From: Glaucostegus cemiculus
Lineage: Eukaryota
NCBI GenBank assembly: GCA_976551045.1
Contig: CDPCPM010000076.1
Coordinates: forward strand, 13,082,001 to 13,146,000
Length of the DNA stretch: 64,000 nt
Direction: 5' to 3'
How positions within the stretch are numbered: position 1 is the stretch's first letter; each line of letters opens with the position of its first letter. The position numbers and the translations under genes are program-made. Positions 51,651 to 64,000 of the stretch are shown in pieces. Under the pieces are notes generated by a model. The model did not search any database, was not told where the DNA came from, and saw nothing but the letters and a program-made list of their open reading frames with translations.

Positions 51651-52399
51651 AGGGCATATGTGTTGCTGGCTTTCTGTCTCACTGCAGTTCTTGGATTCCA
51701 CATTGCGTGTAATCAGTGAGTCCTTGCAACAGTATCCCTGGATACCTGAGTAATTCAAGACACATTTATCCAGAGCAGAAGTGCCTTCAGAAGATGATGG
51801 GGCAGAGTATGTGCATTAGGTAAGTGTACAAGGTACTGGCCTTTGCTCATCCAATGTTATTTGATGCTCTCATCCAAGCTGTACCTCAATGGAGTAAAAC
51901 TTTTCCTGGTGATTGAAGGAGTTTTGATCAGTGAAGTGTCACCAAAGTGCAGTGAGCTGGCAAAAGTGAAAAATCCTTGACGAACATTGTCTGTAGGAAA
52001 AGTTACAAAGTTTTGGTTCCTGGTTATCATTCACCTGATGTACATATAATCTTTGATCTGACAAACATCACCAGCTGAAAACAGTCAGTGACAGAGACAT
52101 TCAAACTACATGTCGTTTTAATAGGATTTCTCTTTTTAGCTAGTTTCCCATGCCTCAGGGAACTTTGCAAACAGAGAAGAGAATGGCAGATCCCCAAGGT
52201 AAATGTATTTACAGCATAGCTTGTGACTTAGAATGATCAGGAATGTTTTCTCACAATCTAACAAGCAAACCTATTAATACCACCATCTTGAGGATCTGCC
52301 CCTGACACTGGCACCCCTACACCCCTTTCCCCAGTGATTTTGATCAATTCACTTCTAGCTGTTGCTGCATTAAAGATTTACAGATTTCAGTCTTCATTG

Positions 52400-52870
52400 T
52401 CCATCATTAATTGTTCGGGGGGTGGTGGCAAGCTGACTTTATGGATACTAGAGTTGGTCAGGCAGTTTCTGTATTAGTCCTAGTGATGAGTAAAGAATGG
52501 AAATATAGTTTCAAGCCAAGAATATGTGATTTGGAGGGGAACCTCTGGGTCTTGGCATTTGTCACAGATTTGGGAGATGCTGCTGAAAAAACTTTGATGA
52601 ATTGCTACAGTCCATTTTGAAGATGGTTCACACTGGGATGACTGGCAAGTGAGTTGCTTTCTCCTGGATGTGAAAGAGGTTCTTGAGAGTGTTGGAGCTC
52701 CCATTATCCAGGCAAGTGGAGAACATCCTGACCCTTGCCTGATAGATAGTCGTAGGTCTTTGAAGTGTCAGGAGTTCAATCATTTGTTACAGGATATCCA
52801 GTCTCTTTCTTGCACTTGATGGCACAGTATTCATGTGGCTGGTCCAATTAAATTGAACGTTGATGGTGGA
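52400..52870 (-). mobile_element. Old CR1/L2/Jockey-group LINE fragment
   Basis: gtgatttggaggggaacctc...ttcttgagagtgttggagctcccattatccaggcaagtggaga; same family as 58060-58985. Confidence 0.6.
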
Positions 52871-53134
52871 GAACATAACAATTAAGATATTTGGTAGTTT
52901 TGTGTCTGCAGTTTAATAGGCTCCTTCCAATCTTTGGTCATATTTATCCAAACTTTTATCAATGTTCCCAATCACTCTTCCTTCCTGCCCTATAACCAGC
53001 CCAGTTACTCCCCTTTAAGTGTTTATTTCAGATCTTCTCTCTGTAGCTGACCCACTAAAGGAATGGGCCTCACAAAACTGATTAATTGCCACCCCACCTA
53101 TCCTTAATTTCCCTTAAAAATCATGGCTTTTCAG

Positions 53135-53400
53135 GCTATTTCAGAGTCAATTGCATGGCGTGAGTCAGGAATTACATAATCGGCCAGACCAGGTAAGGCT
53201 GGTATATTTGTGAACCAGATAGATTTTTTCAACAATCCAATAGTTTTTGTGGTCAAGTTTACTCCTGACCAGCTTTGTTTTAATGAAAAAGCCCCGATTA
53301 TTAATACAGCTACTATGGTGGAATTTGAACTCAGGCTTCTGGATGGTTTGTGAAGCCTCTGGATCACCAGCTCAATAACTTAAATTGCTGAGTCACTGTC
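53135..53400 (-). mobile_element. Old tRNA-derived SINE
   Basis: ggccagaccaggtaagg...atggtggaatttgaactc (B-box reverse complement). A related + copy lies at ~41500-41695. Confidence 0.5.
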
Positions 53401-55439
53401 CATAATTTCTAAAACCAACTCTTCTGTTAACTATTCTGGTAATGATTTAAAAACATACGAAATAGGAGCAGGATTAAGCCATTTAACCCTTCAAGTCTTG
53501 TCTCTGCCATTCACCAGGATCGTGTTGAACACCACGATCAACACCATTTTCTGATGCTTTCCCCAAATCCATAAATTCCTTTAATATTAAGTAAAGTCAT
53601 TTGAACTTAACATTTTTAAGTATTTGTGAATCTCTTGAAATGCTTATCATGATTCTTGTCCTGTTATTTTCGCTGGTGCAGCCCTCTGGGTGTGGTCAAC
53701 TAATTATCACAGTTATAGTAGTCAGAGGTTATTCTTGGCATTTTACAATCACACAATGTTCTGACGGAAACTCAGATTTTGCTTTGTGATGAAAGTGCTG
53801 AGATGGATTGGAAGGCAATGACTTTACTGAAGATCAACATTGAAATGGCACTGCCATATTGTTCTTTCCTGCACATTCAACTCATGGGCTAATTCATTAG
53901 ATAAATGGAGATGAAAATGAAACCTGCGACATAAAGTGTCTTCAAGGATAAATGAGAATGACTGGCTGTCTCCTTACATTTTAAAAGGTCAGATCAAGGA
54001 CTTGCATTTCAAATGCACTGGACCTGAACAACAATTAATATTCTCAACAGTGTTGCATGTGTCTCAGAGGCACGTAATTATCCATCAGTTGCTGCCGATG
54101 AGGATGCACTCAGTCAGTGGCAGGTGGTTCTATCAATTCATATATTAATCGTGGCTAGTGGGCAGCTTGTGCAGCAGTTTCTTTCAGGGGATTGATTGTC
54201 AATGGCTGACAGGTCAACCCCACAGGTGAACCCCACTTGATTGAACATTGTAAGTCTGAAATATTCTGTAGTACATTGGCAACCTCTTTCTTTCTGAGAT
54301 TATTGCTAGAAAATCTAAAATTTCATCTGAGTCCCAATCAAAGGAATCTAACGCTGATACCCATCAGAATGTTATTCCTAACTAGCATTTGTATCAGGGA
54401 CATGCCAAACAAGACCCAGTTTCATGTTTCTTCTTCGGAGCATGCAACTAATTTTCATGTATTACACAAGTGAATTTACCTGAAACCTGATTGCTAAAAG
54501 GGATTAGGTACTTTGTGTGCACAGAGTGGATCCCAAATGTGATCCTAGTCTTCCATGTGTATGGCTGTTTGATGTCACCTCCTTGATATTCTTTTACCAT
54601 GCAGATGTGGTTCCCAAATAATGCAGGTCTTGAACACAGGATCAAGTCATAATTGGAGTTGAGACCTGTTTCAATATTGGTTATAGGTTTTGTTCCGTAT
54701 ATGCACTACTGCTAGAGTATGTCAGGCAGCAATATTTCTTAGGGTAAGTCACTGCTTTACCTTCATATTGGAGTGATTAGGAGTAAGAACCCCAGGACTC
54801 CAAACTTCTCCCCACCCCTCCACAGAGTTCACCAAAGCTTCACTGAACTACTAACTGACTCCAATCTCCCCTTAGCCCCTAACCCAAACGTCCACGTTTT
54901 TCCAAACTTCTCCTCCCTTCCCAGTCATTTATCTTCCCATTAATCTTCTTCCCAGTACAACCTGCCCCACCACAGTCTTCTTTTCCACCTTCTAATTGCC
55001 TTCCCAACAAATCCCTCTTCTCTCCCCCATCTCTCTTCCATCTTCTACCCAGCTCACCTGAATTTTTGGACTCACATGGTCTTCTCCCATTTGATTTTCT
55101 TTACCCCCCTCTCAGTCTGCTAACCAACATTCTCTAAAACCTCCTTCTTCTCCCATGGTGGAAGATTGTGGTTCAAGTTGTGCAAAGGACATCATGCATG
55201 CTAGAAAACATCACCTCAGGCCATCACGACAAATATTGGAAATGCTCGATGAAGAATCTCTAGTTGCATATACATAAAATATTAATAAACCAAAATGTGA
55301 CTTAATTTAACTGGACCATTAATAGGAAACAGCAGATTTAAAAAGGCAGACATTAAGAAAGCAAATTAAGTAAGTCCAAAACTCTGGAAGAAAGCAGAGG
55401 AGGAAGTTGAAGACATGAGGGATAGATTAGTAACTTAAG

Positions 55440-55910
55440 GTGCTTGGACAGGCTGCTGGTGAGGTATTGCACATAGATTTTGCCCCCTTACCTAAGGAAA
55501 GATATGGTAGCATTGGATGTAGTCATCCAGACTAAATGATTGGATGAGAGGATTGCCCTGTCAAGAGAAGCTAAATGTAGGATTCTAAGGGGACATGACA
55601 GGGTAGATGTTTCAAATAGTGGGAAAATGAGGGGACATAGTTTCAAGATAAGGGGCCGGTTACTTAAAATCAAAGTGCTTAGAAATTTCCTCTTACAGAG
55701 GGTAGCGAACCTCTGGGCATTCTCTATCCATTAGACAAAAATAAAATGAAGGGAAATACATTTTTGAAAGAACAGGGAATTACGGGCTATGGGAATCTGG
55801 CACAGAGGAGGAAATGAGGCCTGGTACAGTTGAGCCGTGATCAATTGAATGGTGGAGCAGACTTGAGGAGCCAAGTGGCTTACAGATGCACAATGTTCTG
55901 ATGTTCTTGT
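55440..55910 (+). mobile_element. CR1 LINE 3' portion
   Basis: RGHSFKIRGR...RNFLLQRVANLW remnant and 3'UTR gccgtgatcaattgaatggtggagcagacttgagg. Confidence 0.8.
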
Positions 55911-57839
55911 GTACAGGAAATTTACTTTGTGCTGTATTTTTTTCCAAATAGCTTTATTGAATGGAATGCACCCTTTCCCACATGCCATTTTTTCTTTCAT
56001 TTTCTTCTCCCCCATCCCCTTCTCCAGCTAATCAGGTAGGTTTCCAGTACACAGGCACCAGATCAACACATCACATGTTCAATTATTCCACACTAATTCT
56101 ATGTTTGCCAGATGCCAAAGAAAAAAGGCAGGAAAATGTAGTCAAAGATAAATAATATAAAAATACAGATTTCACAAGGTGGCAATTATTTGTAGGTGGG
56201 TTGTGGGTGGAACCTTTCTCCATCTCTGCAGCATTTCAAAGATTTGTCAGATAAATGTGAAAGAATTAATTGATTCTTGACAATGACGAAGCACGTTGTA
56301 TTGATCAAATAATAAGAGGAGGTGACAGTAAAATATTTACTAGCACCAGAAATGTCTCAAAGTGCTTAAGTACAGCACTTACTGTTTACTAATGTGTAGC
56401 AGCAAGATTCTACAAATAGCAATAAAATGATTACCCAATTAATCTGATTTTTGGCATTACTGTTTGGTGCGGAAATAATGACCAGGATAACGTTGCATGT
56501 GCTCTTTAACAACTTTCTGAAATCAACAGATAGGTTTAATATTTCACCAGCAATATAGTACATTCCACAAACCAACACCAAAGTATGCACTTAGACCTCA
56601 TACAGAGATTCAAGCCATGAATTTCTGATTTTATAAAATAAACTGAGCTAATGCACACTGAATATTTGTGCTGGTCAATATTCAATAGTTATAAAACATA
56701 TTCAGAAGAGAAATGCATACCTAAAATGTAAACGGAATAACAAATGAAGCTTCTGTTTATTGGGAGACTTGACCAAGCTAATCCTAAAATCAAAGATTAA
56801 CAATTTACAAAGGTTTGTCTTCTACTCTTTGTCCTACTGACACACCCATCACTTCCAGTCTTACCAGCTTCACTGACTTCCATGGCCCGAAGATCCTTAT
56901 CTCTCAATGTCATTTTTCAACTCTTTTCCTCTTGCTCTATGCCCAGGATTCTGTTTGCAAGTGAATCTGTACAAAATCTGCAACTGCAGTACATTGAGGA
57001 GTCAAACAGCCACCCTTGTTGATGTCTTCATTTTACTCATTTATTGCAAGTACTCCTTTGATCTCCTACGCTTTGGAAAGCTGAAGAGTAACCACTCTGT
57101 CAGATTATAGTTGAGGCTATAAACCACAAACCAATTTATTAACAATAAATGGAAACAACAGCAAGAGCAAATTTGCAATAATACATACGGGACATTACTC
57201 ATTCTCCTCAAACACAGTGCATGAAAAGATACAAATCCCTTTGGTAATACTGCATATGACATACATGCTTAGAAATTCATCCCCAGTTCGTAATGCTAAA
57301 CATGCCTTATAGTTGCATCAGCTCATTGTTCTCTGCCTCTGAGATTCATTCCATCAATTTTTCAATGGAATGAATTTTGGAGGCGGAACACAGCATGCTC
57401 ACATGACTATATAAATTGATCAGTGTTGACCAGAGATGAATTTCTGGGTAGTGGTACCTTGATAATAATTTCATATTGGTTTCAGCATCTAAACTGGTAG
57501 CAAGCAGCTTGTGGTTATGAGCTTCACAAAAGTGTAATATTTGCAATATTGGTGGCATAGAATAATTGCTGCTTTAAGGCTGATATATTTCAGAATTTTG
57601 TCATTTGACTAAATGCTCTCTGGGCTGCAACAATGTTTATAGAAAGTTCCAGTTACATGAGCAAATTCTAGCTGTGAGAATGATCAGGGAGTTGTTATCT
57701 TACTCAGAAAGAAAGTATTGTAAAAACTACCAAGGCTGCCAGGAAGTATTGTCCAAGAAATGAATATCACACTGAGCACTAAGATTCAGCAAACCTTGTT
57801 GACCTTGATACCACCAAAATGTTGTTATTCATCAATCAC

Positions 57840-58055
57840 CAGCTAACTGAGGCCTAGTTTGGGATTTGGTAGGACCACACAGCAACAGATCTTATCACAG
57901 CTTTGGTCCCAACATGGACCAAAGAGTGGAATTCTAGAGCTAAGGTGAGAGTGACTGCCCTTGACGCTGAGATAGCATTTGATTGAGTACGGCATCAGGG
58001 AGCCCTGGTAAAACAGAGCAATGGGCTCAAAGGGGAAAGCATTCCAATGTTTCCA
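57840..58055 (+). mobile_element. LINE RT remnant (CR1/L2/Jockey group)
   Basis: FG....HTATDLITALVPTWTKEWNSRAKVRVTALDAEIAFD*VRHQG (cf. ALDIKAAFDRVWHQG). Confidence 0.75.
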
Positions 58056-58059
58056 TGTC

Positions 58060-58985
58060 GGGATGGCATGGCACATAACGGGGACCTGCAGGTGGTGGTG
58101 TTCCCATGCAGTTGAAGTGCTTGTCCTTCTTGGTGGTAGAGGCTGCAGGATTGGGAGGTGCTGTTGGAATGACCTTGGTGATTGGATACATCACAGCCAC
58201 TATGCACTGGCGATAGAAGGAATAAAGTGGGTGGTTAGGGAACCAATGCAGTGGGCTACTTTGTCCTGAACCCTTGTTGAGTGTTGGAGTTACAGTTATC
58301 CAAGCATGCTTTCAGTATTTCATCATACTCCTAATTTGTGCCTTGTGGATGATGGAGATGCTCAGGGGCCAGTGAGTGAGTCACTCACTGCAAGATACTC
58401 AGCCTCTGACCTCTTCTTGTAGCCACAGTATTTATGTGGCTTGTCAAGGGTAACCCACATTTCATTGATATTGGAGGATTCAGCAAATGTTAAGAGTAAA
58501 TAGATATACTTTCTCTGTTGGAAATAAGATAAAATAAGATAAGACAATGATCATTGTCTGACAGATCTTGTGACACAAATGTTACTTGGCACTTCTCAGC
58601 CTATGCTTGAACATTGTCCAGGGCTTGCTGTGTGCAGGCATGGATTGATTCACCAGCTCCAGAGTTGCAATAAGAATTGAGTGTTGCATAATTATCACAG
58701 GACATCCCCACTTCTGACCTTATGATAGAAGGAAGGTCATTGATGAAGTAGCTGAAGATGGTTGACCCGTGGACCTTAGGAACTCCTGTACTCATCTTCT
58801 GGGTTTGAGATGATTGATCTTCAACATCTGAAACCATTTCCTTTATGTGATGTCTGACTCCGTCCATTGCAGTATTTTCCCCTTGATGCACTTTGACTTC
58901 AGACCTACCTTGAAGCCACACTCAGTCAAATTCTTCCTTGATGTCAAGGGCAGTTACTCTCACCTCACCTCTGGAATTCACTTGT
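58060..58985 (-). mobile_element. LINE RT remnant of the same family, opposite orientation
   Basis: Minus-strand NSRGEVRVTALDIKEEFD*VWLQG...GVPKVHGSTIFSYFINDLPSIIRSEVGMSCDN (GVPQGS/FINDL/FADD motifs). Confidence 0.8.
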
Positions 58986-58999
58986 TGTTCTCTTGCTCA

Positions 59000-59392
59000 G
59001 CACCAAACATCTGAAACAAGAGCTCTGTCATGGCAAGAGATTACCAAGTGGACAAAGGAAACATATTAAGGATTTTCTCAAAGTTTCTTTGAAAATAGTA
59101 ACATCCTCATCAACTCATGGAACTTTGTGACCCAGGAATTCTCAAAGAGGCAGGGATATTCAAATGGCCTTGACCCTCTTCAGCAGATGCATGCAGAAAC
59201 CCTGTGAAAATGGTGGAAGGACGTCACCAACTCCTGTACAACCCACCTCACTACTCCACCAAATAACTCCTGCTCAAACCATGACATGGTTAGCATTTTC
59301 CACATTGGCTTCATTAGCCACCTCGAGAATCACAAAACTGGAGTGGAACAAGTTATTCTTGATTGCAAGAGACTGTCCAAGAAGAAGAACAT
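59000..59392 (+). mobile_element. RTE LINE 3' remnant
   Basis: SGQRKHIKDFLKVSLK and tail ggagtggaacaagttattcttgattgcaagagactgtccaagaagaag. Confidence 0.7.
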
Positions 59393-59559
59393 AGAGACAG
59401 TGCTTATTTTACAGTGCCATCCAACTTAGCCACCCAGTCTTTGACTGTATCATTTTAATAGAAGTTTAACTAGGAATAAAAATACTGAAAAAATATAGTC
59501 TTCAAAAATTAATAAAGCTTAGGGTTGTATAATCACTTAACGAGTAAAACGTCTGCAGC

Positions 59560-60800
59560 TACACAAATTCCACTGTAAGATTGGCTGTTTCCAACTAATG
59601 AACATTGGAGATTAATCCATTTATCCTATTATTAGACATGTGATAACAGAGCATTAAGAAAATCATATCATTATTAGGCAGAGTCAACATGGTTTAATAG
59701 GCAGAGTCAACATGGTTTAATTAAAGTGAAATCATGTTTGACATATCTATTAGAGCTTTTTGAATGTGTAACTCGTGGAGTTCAGTATATTTGTCTTTTC
59801 AAAAGATTCAGTAAGATGCCACACAAGATGTTGTTGCACAAGATTAGGGCTCATGTGATTGGAAGAAAAATATTAAGGGATTTAGGATTTGATAGTGGTT
59901 AGAAATCAGATAACATGAATAAGCAGGTCATTTTTGAGATGGCAGTGTGTAAGTTGTGGAGTCTCTGAAACATTTGGGTCTCATATATTTACAGTCTCTA
60001 TTGATGAGGGGAGAGAGTGCAATCTATGCCATCAAAGCAAACCTAAAATGAAAGGTTATTGCTCTCTGAGGAGGCAGCAATGACATTGCAAGTGATATAG
60101 GCTGTTTAGGTGATTAAGAAAATGGCAGATGGAGAACAATTTCACCAAATATGAAATTATCTACTTTGATAGAAAGGATAAAAAAATGAAATACATTTTA
60201 AAAGACTAGTAAGTGTTGGTACATTGAAGAACTAGAGTGTTCCAGTACGTCAGTTACAAAAAATTAAAATGGAGATGAAGAAACTAATCAGGCAGTCATT
60301 TATTGTGTTAACTTCCATTACAAAATGGGAGTTTTGTAGTTCTTATATGTAGGCTTAGTGAGACCACACCCAGAGTACTGCATAGTATGAGTCATTTTAA
60401 CTGAAGAATATAATTAGCAAAGAGAGGATGTAGCACTGATGAACTACATTGATTCCTAGGGTGATTAAGATCTCTTTAAGAAGTGATTGAGAAGAATAGG
60501 CTTGTGAAGTTTATTTAAATGTGATGGTCTCAACAAGACATGAAATTCTTACAAGGCTTGATAAGATAGGTACGGAGAAGCAGTTTCCTCTCATTTGGAA
60601 ACGCTCCAAGGAAAGTATCGATCATCAATTGAATAGGCATTTCTTTACCCAGATGATTGCGAATCTTTGGAATTTTCTCTCCAGCAGCCTGTAGATAGTG
60701 AATCTATTTAAGACAATGACTGATGGATTCTTGGATGCCAGGAAAACATGGGATTGTGCAGAAGTAGAAAATCAACCATGACCTCATTGAAAGGTAGAGC
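59560..60800 (+). mobile_element. Heavily decayed CR1 LINE
   Basis: SQHGLIKVKSCLTYLLELFE, WQME and LVRPHPEYC remnants; 3'UTR aaccatgacctcattgaaaggtagagc. Confidence 0.7.
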
Positions 60801-61059
60801 ATTTGGACAATGAGTTTAGAGCCAATTTAATGGATTATTTGCTTTGATATTATACAATTTGTGGCAGTACCTTGCATTATACCACCAGGAAGTAGAAGAT
60901 TCAAATGTGGGAAATATAGAAAATTATAGAAAAAGGTCAAGTTAATCATGCAGTATAGCCATATGGATAATACCCACTTATCACTGTAGGGAAGGGCAGG
61001 CTCTATGTGATAACACTAGCAAATAGGATCAAAGTAATGAGAAGTCGTAACATCAAAAT

Positions 61060-64000
61060 TAAGGGTTTTTATCAGAATGCATGAAACATTTATGATAAAG
61101 GGAGATGAATTCCTGGCACAAACAGTGATAAGTGGGTATAATCAAACTGCCATTACGGATTTGTTGTTGCAGGGAGACCAAGGTTGGAAACTGAACATTC
61201 CATACTGCTTGACGTATTGGAAAGATATAAAAAAAGGAGGCAAGTAGAAGCCTTAGTTAGGTAATGAGAAAGCCTATGAGCATGGGAGACTTTAGTCTTC
61301 ATATAGACTTGGCAAATCAAGTCAGCAAAGATAGTCCTGAGGACCAGTTCATGCAATACAATTGGAACAGTTTTGCAGAACAATACGGTGTGGACCTAAC
61401 AAGGAAATAGCTATTTTAGATCTGCCATTGTAAAACAGGAAGGATTATCAGTAAACTCAAAAGTAAAGGTTCCTCTGGGAAAGAGTAATCATAATATCAT
61501 AGAATTTCACTTTCAATTTATGACTATCAAACTTTTCTGAAACTGGAATCTTTAAGTGGGCATGAGAATTGAGATGTCTAATGTAGATCGTCTAATGTAG
61601 ATGTCTAATGTAAATAAGATTAACTGATCGAGGGGTGGATAAACAATGTCAGCACTAAAGAAGTGTTTCACAAATTTTAACAAATCCTTCCGCAGACAAT
61701 CCCACTGTTACCACAGGGTTTCGTTCCTGAAAACTGTTCATAACCCAAACTGTTTGTAAGTCGGAAATGAGCAAAAACAGTGTGTGGGAGGGGATTACAG
61801 AAACAGCTATGATGGGAGAATGAGCAGGCATGGGAATAGCAGCCGCCAGCCATCCTCAGTGAGTGAGTGAGTGAGCCTGCTCAGCTCTCCGGACTCCACT
61901 CGGCTCGACCAAGCCCCCAATTGTTGTGGCTCAGGAAGGTGGGGAGAGAAGGCACAGGGGAGTGCCCCATTCGCATCCGGCAGAAGATGCATGCAGCCCC
62001 ACAACAGCTGTCAAATCCATCCCTGTCCATTCCAAATGGTCTCCTAAATGCTAGTTGGTATATATGCACTGTCCATAAGTCAGGTGTTCATAACCTGGAG
62101 GAAACCTGTACATTGAAAATAAAGACTCCATGGGAAAAGTGATCCATCCAGTACTGACTAAAGAAGTAAAATGTGGTATTTGATTGATAGAAAAGACTAA
62201 TAAAGTTGCTAACTATCACAGTATGCCTGAGGTTTGAGGAAAAAAAATTAGAAACTAGCAACAGGGGGTAATTTAAAAAATATTGATAAAGATGGATAAA
62301 ATAAAACATAAATTCAACCTAGCAAGAAATATAAAAACAGATTGTAAAACTTTTTGCGAATATTTTAATGGGAAGAGAGTAAGAAAAGCAAATATTTTTG
62401 GCTATTTAGTAGCTGAGACAGGGAACCAGTAAAGGGGAGTAAGGAAATGGCAGAGACAGTAAACAAATATTGTGTGTTAGTCTTCGCAGTAGAAAATACG
62501 AAAAGCTTATAAAAAATGGAAGGTAGCCAAGGGGCAAAAGTGGTGGAGAAACTTCAATAATTAAAATTGTGGGGAAAAAGTACCAGTCAAAGTTATAGGG
62601 GAAACGAGTGAAGAATCCACTGGATCTGAAGGCTTGCCTTACTAAGGTTCTAAAAGACGTGGCTACAGAAATAGACGATGCATTTTTTGTCAACATCCAA
62701 AATTTTTGAGATCATGGAATTTCTATAATAGATTGAAAGCTAAAAAATGTAACACTTCTATCCAAGAAAGGATGGCGAGATGAAATTTGGAACAATAAGC
62801 CTATCAGCTTAACATTAGTTGTCTGGAAATGGTGACATCAATTACTGAGGTAGTGACAATAGAGCATCTAGGAAACGGTAACTTGATAAGGTTTTCTGAA
62901 AGGCAAGTCATATTTAACTAACTAATTAGAGTTTCTTGAGGATTTAACTAGCAGGATAGATGAAGAGGAACCAATGAACGTAATGTTTCTGGATTTCCAA
63001 AAAGCAGTTCATAAGTTGGCACATAAAAGGTGGCACAAGATGAGGGCCCATATATTGACAGAACATTTTTTTATAGACAGCATTGATTAACAGACAGAAA
63101 ATGGGCCTCTTCAAGTTAGCAAGCTGTAACTAGCAAGGTCCTCCTGTGATCACGAATGGGACTTCAGCTATTTACAGTAACTTCGATGAAGGGCCCAAGT
63201 GTAACTTATCCACATATCCTACCAGTATAAAGTTAGGTGAGGAAGTAAGTTGTGAGGACAACACAGTGCATCTATGAAAGAACATAAACAAATTGATTGA
63301 GTTGGTAAAAAGGGGCAGTCAGAGTATGCGAGTGTTATCTACTTTGAATGGAAGAATCTTTTTAGAGTGTTGGATGACTAACTGCTGGTGTTCAAAGGAA
63401 GTTAAATGTCCACAAATAAGAAACACAGTAAGTTAGCATGTGGGTACAACAAATTATTTAAATTGGATGTTACCCTTTATTGCCATGGAGATTGGAGTAC
63501 AAAAGTAAAGAAAAGCATGGGCTTTGGTGAGACCACAATTGGAGTACTATATACATTTTTGGTTTTCTTATGTATGAAGTTAGATGCAACCAAAGTCTTA
63601 GCTGCACAAAGGGAGGCCTTAAACATGAGACTCCCAGATCCAGACCAAAAGGAGGACTCTGTAAGGCACAAGATGAGGGAAGCAATTGATCGCATACCTT
63701 CTCATCTTGGATTGGTCAAGAAATGACAGCTAAATGTATGTGCATTGGTGAAGATGCTTTACTTTATCTCTGATTGTACATAAAGGTGTCAAGTTTTGTA
63801 CATTTGAAGACAGTGTGTTTGGACCACACCGGTAAGGTGAGCAGGCCTCTCACTCACTCATTGAGTTGAAAGATCATTCAGATAAATGCAATTCTGTTTG
63901 ACCTGAGAATGGATATATGAGTAATTCTCTTGCTGCACAACAAGAGCATAATCTCACAATAAGGAACCAACCATGAAGATTGCGATGAGGAGAAATTACT
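61060..64000 (+). mobile_element. Decayed near-complete CR1 ORF2, running off the window
   Basis: Collinear remnants: endonuclease (AILDLP, LGKSNHNIIEF), KNVTLLSKKG, PISLTLVV, KGKSYLTNxLEFLE, LDFQKA, LVRPQLEY. Confidence 0.75.
61693..62108. mobile_element. Tigger/pogo-like non-autonomous DNA transposon inside CR1
   Basis: Imperfect TIRs cagacaatcccactgttac / ataacctggaggaaacctg, subterminal repeats ttcataacc and taagtcgg/taagtcag at both ends, TA at the right flank (left TA not preserved). Confidence 0.7.

Noticed and set aside
1-64000. CRISPR arrays, rRNA, genuine tRNA genes, other multi-exon coding genes
   Set aside because: None seen. tRNA-like A/B boxes occur only in SINE heads. Very short coding exons of a large flanking gene cannot be excluded by eye.

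Overview
Vertebrate genomic DNA, AT-rich and repeat-dense. The repeats (CR1 LINEs, HE1/V-SINEs, DeuSINE-like tails, Penelope-like repeats, RTE, Tx1/L1) point to a cartilaginous fish (elasmobranch); this is an inference. One protein-coding gene is recognisable: a minus-strand C11orf87-family single-pass membrane protein (96 aa, CDS 2059-2349). It has a probable non-coding first exon and a CpG-rich promoter near 5.3-5.7 kb. The remaining ~58 kb upstream is gene-poor. It holds LINE/SINE fossils, two solo LTRs with target-site duplications, a Tigger-like MITE, a degenerate Penelope hammerhead ribozyme and several repeat-free candidate enhancers. Two blocks are unexplained and my readings of them are speculative. 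40.5-41.5 kb has the longest open frame in the window, with a possible DD~82E IS630/Tc1-like transposase fossil on the opposite strand. 45.4-46.85 kb has back-to-back decayed frames, one with an Erv1/Alr-type LPCxxCR motif, and may be an endogenous DNA-virus fragment. All family assignments come from remembered motifs, not database searches. Repeat boundaries are approximate unless a TSD is given.
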